Assembly: GCA_964567845.1 (NCBI GenBank)
Contig: CAZMOG010000001.1
Location: 34,540 to 98,539 of the forward strand
From: an uncultured Odoribacter sp.
Lineage (GTDB): Bacteria > Bacteroidota > Bacteroidia > Bacteroidales > Marinifilaceae
Length of the DNA: 64,000 nt
Direction: 5' to 3'
Part shown: positions 46,626-55,174 of the stretch, piece by piece
Position numbering within the stretch: position 1 is the stretch's first letter
Layout: the number at the start of each line of letters is the position of its first letter
Program-made: the position numbers and the translations under genes
The notes under the pieces: generated by a model
What the model was told of the DNA's origin: nothing
Seen by the model: the letters and a program-made list of their open reading frames with translations, nothing else
Database searches by the model: none

Positions 46626-46633
46626 TAATTTTG
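46626..46633 (+). promoter_or_regulatory. -7 promoter box TAATTTTG for the 183-aa secreted protein gene
   Basis: Matches TAnnTTTG, 5 nt upstream of the ATG at 46638. Confidence 0.45.
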
Positions 46634-46637
46634 AGGC

Positions 46638-47189
46638 ATGAAAACGGTACTATCCATACTTTTAACTCTAATTTTCTCAATTCATACAGTTTGGGGACAG
46701 GAGGATGGCTGGGAGTGGCATAAGGTTGAAACTCCTGAGGGGATAACATTTTCTATGCCGGGCGAGACCGCTCATGAGTTTTCCATTCAAGATGGTGTTC
46801 CTACCCACATTTACAAGAGTCGTGATTTGAACTGTATTTTTGGGGTTGTATGTTCGAACTTTTCAAACAAAAAGGAGATGCTATCACCGGAATATCACGG
46901 CAGCTTGGTTGAGATTTTGAAATCGGGCTCAATTCCAAAAGAGGAGTACGGCAAATTGGTTTCCGAGCAACTGATCCAGAAAGAGCTACCATTGATATAC
47001 GAAATCAACTATACCACTATGAACGACAAAATTCAGTGGAGTTATATAAAACGGTTTATCATTACCGAGAGTCATATATACCAATTCAACATTGGTGCAA
47101 AGACCCGCAATACAGACCAATTGAAGTTTGAGTCAACCCTATTCTTTGACTCGGCACAAATAACAAATGAAGAGGGGGCAATTCCCTAA
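46638..47189 (+). CDS. Hypothetical secreted protein
   Basis: Has a signal peptide (MKTVLSILLTLIFSIHTVWGQ). I recognise no motif. Confidence 0.55.
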   Translation: MKTVLSILLTLIFSIHTVWGQEDGWEWHKVETPEGITFSMPGETAHEFSIQDGVPTHIYKSRDLNCIFGVVCSNFSNKKEMLSPEYHGSLVEILKSGSIPKEEYGKLVSEQLIQKELPLIYEINYTTMNDKIQWSYIKRFIITESHIYQFNIGAKTRNTDQLKFESTLFFDSAQITNEEGAIP

Positions 47190-47208
47190 AACTGCCCCCT
47201 TTCTGATA

Positions 47209-48303
47209 TTACTCGCTCATTAACTGAGTCTGACGATCGATTGATGCCTGGTGAATGGCCTTAAATACCTTGTCTACAAAGTCAAGATCAAGATTATTAT
47301 CGCCTGCCTGTTTGTGAACCTTCGCAAGAATATCATCCCAACGACCAGACTGCAATACAGTAATATTGTTCTGTTTTTTGTAGTTTCCTATCTTCTCGGC
47401 AACTCTCATTCTGCGGCCCAACAACTGAATCAAATCGGTATCAAGATCATCAATATAACTTCTTAACTCATCAAGATTCTCATTGAATTGACTGTTATCG
47501 GTTTTGGTTGCTCGAATAATCAACTTATCGAGCATTGCCTTCATTTCGCAAGGAACGTACTGTTGCTTTGAATCACTCAATGCCACATCGGGATTATTGT
47601 GTGATTCCACCATCAAACCATCAAAACCCAAATCCATGGCCTTTTGCGCCAACTCAGGTATCAACTCGCGCTTTCCTGCCATGTGGCTTGGATCTACAAT
47701 AATCATCATTTCAGGAAAACGGCGACGCAACTCTACCGGTAACTCCCACTGTGGCTGGTTTCTGTATTTTGATTTGCCGTATGTTGAGAAACCACGGTGA
47801 ATAACACCCAATTTCTTTATGCCGGCAAGATTTAAGCGCTCCAAAGCTCCAATCCACAAATCAACATCGGGGTTTACAGGATTCTTTACCAATACAGGTA
47901 TATCAACACCCTTAAGCGCATCAGCCAACTCCTGCATGGCAAATGGGTTTGCCGAAGTTCTTGCTCCAATCCACAACATATCCATTCCTGCCTTTAGAGC
48001 CTCGTAAACATGTTTTGTGTTTGCCACCTCGGTGGTTATCTTCATTCCCAACTCTTTCTGGATTCTGCGCATCCAAGGCAGCCCCTCGGAACCTATTCCC
48101 TCGAAACATCCGGGGCGTGTGCGAGGTTTCCATATTCCTGCTCTGAAGATATTCACTCCCTGTGCCTTTAGTTGCTTAGCAGTGTCAAGCATCTGCTCCT
48201 CGCTTTCGGCACTACATGGTCCTGCAATTATTGCCGGTACCTGCTGATTGTCAAAGATTCCCCACTCTGAAGCGGGAATTAAATCCAACTGAACATTTGC
48301 CAT
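47209..48303 (-). CDS. Bifunctional 3-deoxy-7-phosphoheptulonate (DAHP) synthase / chorismate mutase type II
   Basis: The N-terminal part is a KDO8PS-like DAHP synthase barrel (IIAGPCSAES, FRAGIWKPRTRPG, DPSH). The C-terminal roughly 90 aa are AroQ-like (LDELRSYIDDLDTDLIQLLGRRMRVAEKIGNYK). Confidence 0.88.
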   Translation of the reverse strand: MANVQLDLIPASEWGIFDNQQVPAIIAGPCSAESEEQMLDTAKQLKAQGVNIFRAGIWKPRTRPGCFEGIGSEGLPWMRRIQKELGMKITTEVANTKHVYEALKAGMDMLWIGARTSANPFAMQELADALKGVDIPVLVKNPVNPDVDLWIGALERLNLAGIKKLGVIHRGFSTYGKSKYRNQPQWELPVELRRRFPEMMIIVDPSHMAGKRELIPELAQKAMDLGFDGLMVESHNNPDVALSDSKQQYVPCEMKAMLDKLIIRATKTDNSQFNENLDELRSYIDDLDTDLIQLLGRRMRVAEKIGNYKKQNNITVLQSGRWDDILAKVHKQAGDNNLDLDFVDKVFKAIHQASIDRQTQLMSE

Positions 48304-48327
48304 AATCTCTATATTTTATATTCCTAA

Positions 48328-49170
48328 TTATCTTATAATTCTCTTAATCCTGTTCGCCCCCTGAATAAGTTCCTTAATTGCTGCCTCGTCCATCTCGTCG
48401 ATTGCCTTACGGAAAGCTCCTATCTTCTCTATATAGGTATCAAGAACTGCCAGAACATTGTCGCGATTCTGCATAAAAATCGGAACCCACATCTCCGGGC
48501 TACTCTTAGCCAGACGGGCTGTCGATGCAAAACCTCCTGCTGCCAAATCAAATATGTGACGATCATTCTTCTCACGCTCCAATACTGTCAACGCCAAAGC
48601 GTATGAAATTACATGTGAGACGTGCGACACGTATGCGGTATGAACATCGTGCTGAGCCGACGAAAGATGTATCAAACGCATATTCAGTGCATCATACATT
48701 TTTTGAATAGTAGCCAATGCTCGCATATCGCTCTCCTCGGCATCGCAGATAATACCGGCGCGTCCATCAAACAATCCGCTCATTGCCGCTCTTGGGCCTG
48801 AATACTCGGTTCCCGACATTGGGTGTCCAAGCACAAATTGTCCGCGTTTAGGGTGATATTTAACCACATTTGCTATCAACCCCTTTGTTGAGCAGACATC
48901 GGTTACAATCTGCTTCTCCGATACCTTATCCAATATTTGTGGAATAAGTTTCACCGCTCCGCTTACAGGTATTGCAACAATAATTATATCACTCCCGGCA
49001 ATACACTCGTCAAGAGTTGCCACCTCATCAATGATTCCCAAATCTTTGGCAACCTGGACATTCAATGGGTTCTGCTCAACACCTAATATCTTCTCGGCAA
49101 AACCATTCTTCTTTAAATCTATTGCTATCGAGCCACCTATAAGACCCGTTCCTATTACTCCTACTACCAT
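48328..49170 (-). CDS. tyrA: Prephenate dehydrogenase
   Basis: Has a Rossmann N-terminus (VVGVIGTGLIGGSIA), GHPMSGTE, and HDVHTAYVSHVSH. Confidence 0.88.
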   Translation of the reverse strand: MVVGVIGTGLIGGSIAIDLKKNGFAEKILGVEQNPLNVQVAKDLGIIDEVATLDECIAGSDIIIVAIPVSGAVKLIPQILDKVSEKQIVTDVCSTKGLIANVVKYHPKRGQFVLGHPMSGTEYSGPRAAMSGLFDGRAGIICDAEESDMRALATIQKMYDALNMRLIHLSSAQHDVHTAYVSHVSHVISYALALTVLEREKNDRHIFDLAAGGFASTARLAKSSPEMWVPIFMQNRDNVLAVLDTYIEKIGAFRKAIDEMDEAAIKELIQGANRIKRIIR

Positions 49171-49175
49171 GCCTC

Positions 49176-49997
49176 TTATCCAAAACTTTTATACTCTCCA
49201 AGAACCTCTATGTCTGCAACCAATGGTCTTACCGCATCGACAGCTTTCCTATAGCGATCAAAATCGTTGAACTTCAAATCCACATAGAAGAAGTATTGCC
49301 ACTCCTTTCCGACAATCGGTAATGATTGTATTTTGGTCAAGTTTAACTCATAGAACGAGAAAATTGACAATATGTGTGACAAACTTCCCTGCTGGTGCGG
49401 CAAGGTAAAGCACAACGATGCCTTATTTATTTCGTACGAGGGCACAGATAATCTGTCATCCATGATAAGGAAACGGGTGAAGTTCTGTTTATGCGTCTCT
49501 ATGCTTGGCGCTAACACCTCCAAACCGAAAAGTTCTGCCGCCAAGGTCGATGCTATTGCTCCTACCGTTCTGTCACCACGAGCAGCCACCTCGCGTGCAG
49601 CAGATGCTGTATCCGATGCCTCGACCAAGCGAATATGCGGATACTCCTTAAAGAACTCACGACATTGGGCAATTGCCATATAGTGTGAATGTACCTCTTT
49701 CAACTCCTCGATTTTTACACCCGGCATTACAAGTAGATTCTGACGTATGGGCAGAAAAACCTCGCCCTTAATTGCTTTACCATATTTGTGAAGTAGGGCA
49801 TAATTTGGCAATAATGCGCCAGCCACTGTATTCTCGATAGCCATTATTAAACCATCGGCTTCTCCTTTATTTACCTGTTCAAATTCATCTTCAAAGTTGG
49901 CACAAGGCAAAATTTCTACCTCTTTTCCATAAAAAATTCGTGCTGCCTCTTCGTGAAAACAACCCTGAATACCCTGAATTGCAATTTTACTGTTCAT
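49176..49997 (-). CDS. pheA: Prephenate dehydratase
   Basis: Has a PDT domain (IAIQGIQGCFHEEAA, ENTVAGAL) and a C-terminal ACT domain (SLCFTLPHQQGSLSHIL, ESRP-like LTKIQSLP). Confidence 0.9.
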   Translation of the reverse strand: MNSKIAIQGIQGCFHEEAARIFYGKEVEILPCANFEDEFEQVNKGEADGLIMAIENTVAGALLPNYALLHKYGKAIKGEVFLPIRQNLLVMPGVKIEELKEVHSHYMAIAQCREFFKEYPHIRLVEASDTASAAREVAARGDRTVGAIASTLAAELFGLEVLAPSIETHKQNFTRFLIMDDRLSVPSYEINKASLCFTLPHQQGSLSHILSIFSFYELNLTKIQSLPIVGKEWQYFFYVDLKFNDFDRYRKAVDAVRPLVADIEVLGEYKSFG

Positions 49998-50008
49998 AAC
50001 TCTTAATT

Positions 50009-50034
50009 AAAAAAGCCCCGAGTTTTCGGGGCTT
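50009..50034 (-). terminator. Intrinsic terminator immediately upstream of pheA (attenuator terminator)
   Basis: On the minus strand, AAGCCCCGA-AAAC-UCGGGGCUU forms a 9-bp GC-rich stem followed by UUUU. It ends 12 nt before the pheA ATG. Confidence 0.7.
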
Positions 50035-50087
50035 CAATATGATTAACTTTTAAATTTCTATCCTATATTTACATATCACGACCCCAT

Positions 50088-50153
50088 TTACTCTTTTCTG
50101 CTAAAAAAGTAAAAGTAAAAATAACCGTAGCTATTAAATCGTGTTGTCTTCAT
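50088..50153 (-). CDS. Phe/Tyr-rich leader peptide (21 aa) of the aromatic amino-acid operon
   Basis: Encodes MKTTRFNSYGYFYFYFFSRKE*, with 5 Phe and 4 Tyr, 7 of them within the 8-residue stretch YFYFYFFS. It lies between a -7 box and the terminator. Confidence 0.6.
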   Translation of the reverse strand: MKTTRFNSYGYFYFYFFSRKE

Positions 50154-50172
50154 AATTTGTGATATTTTCGCT

Positions 50173-50180
50173 ACAAATAT
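50173..50180 (-). promoter_or_regulatory. -7 promoter box TATATTTG for the leader/pheA transcript
   Basis: Reverse complement of caaatata, 20 nt upstream of the leader ATG at 50153. Confidence 0.5.
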
Positions 50181-50292
50181 ATATGCTATTTTGATTCGTT
50201 GTTCACCATACCCCAATTTTTTTTGATATTTTTTCATAGCTACTTTTTTTATACCTTTACGTTTTGAATTTTTTAAAGCACAATACGGAGAT

Positions 50293-52983
50293 ATGGAGAG
50301 TAAAAATCTATTCCTGGTCGATGCCTTTGCCATGATTTATAGAGCCTATTATGCCTTTATAAATAATCCAAGAATCACAACCACCGGAATAAACACATCG
50401 GCAACATTTGGATTTTGCACCTTTATAACAGAATTATTAGAGGAGCAGAAACCTACACATATTGCTGTTGTCTTTGATCCGGAGGGGCCTACTTTCCGCC
50501 ACGAGATGTATTCCCCTTATAAGGCACAACGCCCCCCCATGCCCGAAGACATCCGCAGTGCTATTCCCTACATTAAACAAATCATACAGAACTTGGGCAT
50601 TAAGCATATCTCTGTTCCAGGTTACGAAGCCGATGATGTAATCGGTACTCTTGCAAAAAGGGCCGAGAACGAGGGATTCCATGTATATATGATTACCCCG
50701 GATAAAGATTATGCACAGCTTGTCACTCCCAATATTACAATGTATAAACCGAGTCGGTCAGGTAATTTATCAGAGACTTGGGATATTCCCGAGGTCCTTG
50801 ATAAATTCGGTATCGAGCGTATTGATCAGGTCATAGATATTCTTGGATTGATGGGCGATACCGCAGACAACGTTCCGGGATGCTCGGGTGTAGGCCCCAA
50901 AACAGCAGCCTCGCTTGTATATAAATATGGAGATATTGAGGGAATATATGAACATATCGATGAACTGAAAGGAAAGCAGAAAGAACGCCTTTTGGAGTGT
51001 CGCGATACTGTAATGCTATCAAAAAAGTTGGTTACAATCTGTACCCAGGTTCCAACAGATATTGCAATTGAAAATCTTAGAAGAGAGAGTGTCGAGGTAA
51101 ACGAATTGAAAGAGGTTCTGCAGAAACTTGAAATTTTTTCATTGGTAAACAGATTGGTTAACTCGGGCAAACGACTTGAAGATGCCGATGATCTGCAACA
51201 CGAAGAGGATTTGCATCTAACAATTAATAACTGTTCAAATATTGCAGAGGTAATTGAAAGAGTTTCCACTCAGAATAGCTTTGCACTGACATTCATCGAA
51301 CCTGATAATTTTAATCTTTATAGTGATTGGCCCAAGGGTGTCATAATTTCAGCACAAGACAACAGTGTAGAGGTTATCAAATTGTGTTGCTCCCCTCAAC
51401 AAGAGTTACTTGCTTTAAAACCTCTGTTCGAGAACAGCGAAAAGTGCTGGATTACCGACAAAACAAAACACAATTTGATAATTCTAAAGCGTTTGGGCAT
51501 CGACATAAAGTGTAAGATTTTCGATATAACCATTGCTCACTATATTCTGCAACCGGAACTAAGCCACTCGTTACAAAGAATGGCATTAGAACTTTTGCAT
51601 TACCAATTTACCGAGAAGCAAACCACAATCCAGCCTACACAACTATCACTTTTTGATGAAGTTATTGAGGAGGATTTCTCGCGTCCGGCAACTGAGTGTA
51701 ACCTTATATTCCGCCTAAAGCCTATTCTGCAACGCAAGCTCGAAGAGAGCAACTTTACAAACCTGTTCTACAATGTAGAGATGCCGCTCTGTTTTGTACT
51801 TGCAGATATGGAGTTCGAGGGTGTTGCCGTTGATATTAATGCACTGCATACACTTGCCACGGAATTTAAAGAGAAGTGCAACTCCCTTGAAAAACAGATA
51901 TATGCCGAGGCCGGCCACGAATTCAATATCAACTCTCCCAAACAGTTGGGCGATGTTCTTTTTGGCGAATTACAACTTGATCCACAACAGAAAAAGACCA
52001 AAACCGGACAATTTGTTACCTCGGAACAGGTCCTTTCAAAGTTGGAGGAGGCAAACTCTATTGTAAAACATATATTAGAGTATCGCGGAATTAAGAAGTT
52101 GTTATCAACCTATGCCGACGCTCTTCCTGAATACATAAACAAAGCCGATGGCAAGATTCATACAAACTTTAATCAGACCGAAACGGCTACAGGGCGTTTA
52201 AGCAGTTTGAATCCTAACCTGCAGAACATACCGATAAGAACCGAGGAGGGCCGAAAAATAAGAAAAGCCTTTATTCCCGGCAATTCGGATTACAGCTTCT
52301 TTTCGGCCGATTATTCGCAGGTAGAGTTAAGACTTATGGCCTCGCTCAGTAAGGATCCTGAAATGATTGCAGCATTCAAAAATGGCGAAGATATACATTC
52401 GGCCACTGCATCTAAAATATATAAAACCCCTATTGATCAGGTAACATCGGAGATGCGCCGGCGTGCAAAGACCGCCAATTTCGGAATTATTTATGGAATT
52501 TCGGCATGGGGATTGGCAGAGCGTCTTAATATTAGTCGCAAAGAGGGTAAGGAGCTGATTGACGGATATTTTGAAATGTATCCCGAGGTAAAAAAATATA
52601 TGGAAAACTCAATCGACCATGCAAGAAAGAAACGCTACGTAGAGACTATTCTTGGCCGTCGTCGATACCTGAACGATATTAACTCGCACAATGCAGTTGT
52701 ACGCGGTGTGGCAGAGAGGAATGCCGTAAACGCTCCAATTCAAGGTTCCGCAGCCGACATAATCAAAATGGCCATGATCTGTATATGGCGTGAACTTAAC
52801 GAGCGAGGATTGAAATCAAAAATGATTATTCAGGTTCATGACGAGTTGAACTTCAAGTGTCATAATAGCGAAAAGGAGCTTCTTAAAGAGATTGTAGTTA
52901 GTTGCATGGAGAAGATTGTCAATTTAAGTGTTCCCCTCACTGTAAGTTGTGGATTCGGCAAGAATTGGTATGAAGCACATTAA
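50293..52983 (+). CDS. polA: DNA polymerase I
   Basis: Has a 5' nuclease domain (LVDAFAMIYRAYYA, GYEADDVIGTLA), a central exonuclease-like domain, and pol motifs A (DYSQVELRLMA), B (RRRAKTANFGIIYG) and C (QVHDEL). Confidence 0.95.
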   Translation: MESKNLFLVDAFAMIYRAYYAFINNPRITTTGINTSATFGFCTFITELLEEQKPTHIAVVFDPEGPTFRHEMYSPYKAQRPPMPEDIRSAIPYIKQIIQNLGIKHISVPGYEADDVIGTLAKRAENEGFHVYMITPDKDYAQLVTPNITMYKPSRSGNLSETWDIPEVLDKFGIERIDQVIDILGLMGDTADNVPGCSGVGPKTAASLVYKYGDIEGIYEHIDELKGKQKERLLECRDTVMLSKKLVTICTQVPTDIAIENLRRESVEVNELKEVLQKLEIFSLVNRLVNSGKRLEDADDLQHEEDLHLTINNCSNIAEVIERVSTQNSFALTFIEPDNFNLYSDWPKGVIISAQDNSVEVIKLCCSPQQELLALKPLFENSEKCWITDKTKHNLIILKRLGIDIKCKIFDITIAHYILQPELSHSLQRMALELLHYQFTEKQTTIQPTQLSLFDEVIEEDFSRPATECNLIFRLKPILQRKLEESNFTNLFYNVEMPLCFVLADMEFEGVAVDINALHTLATEFKEKCNSLEKQIYAEAGHEFNINSPKQLGDVLFGELQLDPQQKKTKTGQFVTSEQVLSKLEEANSIVKHILEYRGIKKLLSTYADALPEYINKADGKIHTNFNQTETATGRLSSLNPNLQNIPIRTEEGRKIRKAFIPGNSDYSFFSADYSQVELRLMASLSKDPEMIAAFKNGEDIHSATASKIYKTPIDQVTSEMRRRAKTANFGIIYGISAWGLAERLNISRKEGKELIDGYFEMYPEVKKYMENSIDHARKKRYVETILGRRRYLNDINSHNAVVRGVAERNAVNAPIQGSAADIIKMAMICIWRELNERGLKSKMIIQVHDELNFKCHNSEKELLKEIVVSCMEKIVNLSVPLTVSCGFGKNWYEAH

Positions 52984-52986
52984 AAT

Positions 52987-53691
52987 ATGCAGGATAGTTT
53001 AAACATAATCACAGATACCCTTACGCTACTGAACAGTGAATATGTAACAATACCATTTTCACAAACAGTATCGCGCATGGAAAATCTATATGGTTTAATA
53101 ACCGTTGCAATATTTATGTCGGTTATCGCATTCCTGCGTCTGACCGATACCGCCCTATTCCGATCAATTATTACCGGAATATTTAAATACAGAAACGCAG
53201 AAAACCTTCTTGGTACGGGATTTGCCACATTGGGCCAGCGATTGCTTCTATTGACACTATCGTTTGGAATGATTGCTATTTTTCTGACTCAAATAACAAG
53301 CAATGCTTTTTTCAATGTTGATACAATCGTAATCTTTTTACTATTATTCGTGGCCCACTTTGCCACAATCGGAATATACCAATACCTTGGATGGACATTC
53401 AACAATCTGCACATAGCAAAGGTAAGCTCAATGAGTTTATGGCTCTCAAACATTTCACTCGGATTTATCACATCTCCACTTATTCTATCGCTTTTTTTTG
53501 TGCGTCCGGAGTGGCATTCAACACTAATTAAATTCATTATATGTGTTGCTCTATTTTTGCTTATTGTAAGAATTTTCAGGTGGATACGAATATTATTTGA
53601 TAATAGAGTTTTTATTTTGTTTATGATTTTGTACCTTTGCGCTCTTGAAATTGCGCCTATTTTATTGTTAATAAAAGTGGTGCTAAAGTAA
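52987..53691 (+). CDS. Polytopic membrane protein (DUF4271-like)
   Basis: Has six or so TM segments. Its position immediately upstream of the uroporphyrinogen-III-synthase-like gene matches the arrangement I recall for DUF4271 in Bacteroidota. The family call is from memory. Confidence 0.5.
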   Translation: MQDSLNIITDTLTLLNSEYVTIPFSQTVSRMENLYGLITVAIFMSVIAFLRLTDTALFRSIITGIFKYRNAENLLGTGFATLGQRLLLLTLSFGMIAIFLTQITSNAFFNVDTIVIFLLLFVAHFATIGIYQYLGWTFNNLHIAKVSSMSLWLSNISLGFITSPLILSLFFVRPEWHSTLIKFIICVALFLLIVRIFRWIRILFDNRVFILFMILYLCALEIAPILLLIKVVLK

Positions 53692-53723
53692 GGAATTGTC
53701 AAACACACAAAACAGCAAAAGCC

Positions 53724-54485
53724 TTGAAAATCAAGAAAATACTTGTGTCGCAACCGAAACCTACAAGCGACAAGAATCCATACTCTGATCTTGCAGAGCA
53801 GTACGGTCTTTCGTTGAATTTTCAATCTTTTATTAAGGTTGAGGGAGTTTCAATAAAAGAGTTTCGTCAATATCATATTAATATTTTAGATTATTCTGCA
53901 ATTATTTTAACAAGTAAAGTGGCAATCGACACTCTTTTCAATTTCTGTAAAGAGCTAAGAATAACACTTCCCGATACAATGAAATACTTTTGTGTAACCG
54001 AGGCAATCGCCCTTTACCTACAGAAGTACATCATTTACCGTAAACGTAAAATATTCCATGGCGAGAAGGCATTCGAGGATTTGACAAAGGTTATCACCAA
54101 ACACAAAAACGAGAAGTTCCTATTGCCAATGTCCGATGTTCATAAAGAGACTATTCCGGAGTTCTTGGATAAGTTGAATATCAAATACACAAAGGCTGTA
54201 TTCTATAGAACCGTATCGGCAAATCTGAAAGATACCGTAAATCCAAAAGATTACGACATTTTGGCATTCTATACTCCGGCCGGTATTAAGTCATTATTCC
54301 AGAACTTTGAGAATTTTGAACAGGGCGATACTGCTATAGCTGCATTTGGTCAAGCAACATGGAAGGCTGTAGAAGATGCGGGATTACGCTTGGATATCAA
54401 GGCTCCAACCGTACAGTTCCCATCAATGACAATGGCTCTTGAGGATTATATTAAACGCTACAATAAAGAGCATAAATCAAAATGA
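53724..54485 (+). CDS. Uroporphyrinogen-III synthase (HemD) family protein
   Basis: Apparent TTG start. The length and two-lobe pattern (ILVSQPKP...AIILTSKVAID ... DILAFYTPAGIKSL) are typical of the Bacteroidota HemD-like protein that precedes rnpA. Confidence 0.6.
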   Translation: MKIKKILVSQPKPTSDKNPYSDLAEQYGLSLNFQSFIKVEGVSIKEFRQYHINILDYSAIILTSKVAIDTLFNFCKELRITLPDTMKYFCVTEAIALYLQKYIIYRKRKIFHGEKAFEDLTKVITKHKNEKFLLPMSDVHKETIPEFLDKLNIKYTKAVFYRTVSANLKDTVNPKDYDILAFYTPAGIKSLFQNFENFEQGDTAIAAFGQATWKAVEDAGLRLDIKAPTVQFPSMTMALEDYIKRYNKEHKSK

Positions 54486-54859
54486 TTCGTCAAACGCTTT
54501 GCAAAGCGGAACGACTATACCACAGAAAACTGTTCGAGGAGCTTTTAAGTTCCAAGAACAGTTTTGTTAAATATCCGCTACGAGTGGTATACAAAGAGAG
54601 CTCGACTCCCGGCGAGTTCCCGATAAGAATTGCCATAAGTGTAGGTAAAAAACGATTCAAACGCGCAAACAAACGCAACAGAATCAAGAGACTTATTCGT
54701 GAATCCTACCGTTTGTGCAAGCCGGCATTACTACCCAAAATAGAAGGCAAACATATTGATATTCTCTTCATATACATAGATAATAAACTTCCTGACTTTC
54801 ATACCGTAAATAAGAGTGTACAGATTCTTATGAATAAAATTGCCGATAACCAGGTATGA
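54482..54859 (+). CDS. rnpA: Ribonuclease P protein component
   Basis: Has the basic RNR-like motif [23 protein letters not shown] 4-nt overlap links it to neighbours on both sides. Confidence 0.85.
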   Translation: MIRQTLCKAERLYHRKLFEELLSSKNSFVKYPLRVVYKESSTPGEFPIRIAISVGKKRFKRANKRNRIKRLIRESYRLCKPALLPKIEGKHIDILFIYIDNKLPDFHTVNKSVQILMNKIADNQV

Positions 54860-55086
54860 AAAATATTAAACATATAGCTGTAGAGATTCTGATATTGCCT
54901 ATTAAATTCTATAAGTATGCAATATCTCCGCTACTTCCACCGACATGCCGATACACCCCCACATGCTCTCAATATGCAATAGAAGCACTAAGAAAACACG
55001 GAGTATTCAAAGGTTTGTATCTTACAATTAAACGCATATTGCGTTGCCATCCTTGGGGTGGCAGCGGATACGATCCCGTTCCATAA
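54856..55086 (+). CDS. yidD: Membrane protein insertion efficiency factor YidD
   Basis: Has [31 protein letters not shown] and [12 protein letters not shown]. Confidence 0.92.
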   Translation: MKNIKHIAVEILILPIKFYKYAISPLLPPTCRYTPTCSQYAIEALRKHGVFKGLYLTIKRILRCHPWGGSGYDPVP

Positions 55087-55174
55087 ATAATTATTAACCA
55101 ATTTTATTCTATTTTACTTCTCTAATTGAGAAATATAGACTATTTTCGCATTGTTGGAAATTACGTATAAACAT

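Noticed and set aside
50088-50333. 81-aa minus-strand ORF taken at face value as a protein gene overlapping the polA start
   Set aside because: A -7 box at 50173..50180 lies inside it. Only the last 21 codons (the F/Y-rich peptide) lie downstream of the predicted transcription start. I interpret it as a leader peptide instead.
53289-53825. 178-aa minus-strand ORF across the DUF4271-like and HemD-like genes
   Set aside because: It is antisense to two collinear plus-strand genes that fit a conserved Bacteroidota neighbourhood. Its AT-rich mirror frame has a Lys/Ile/Asn bias.
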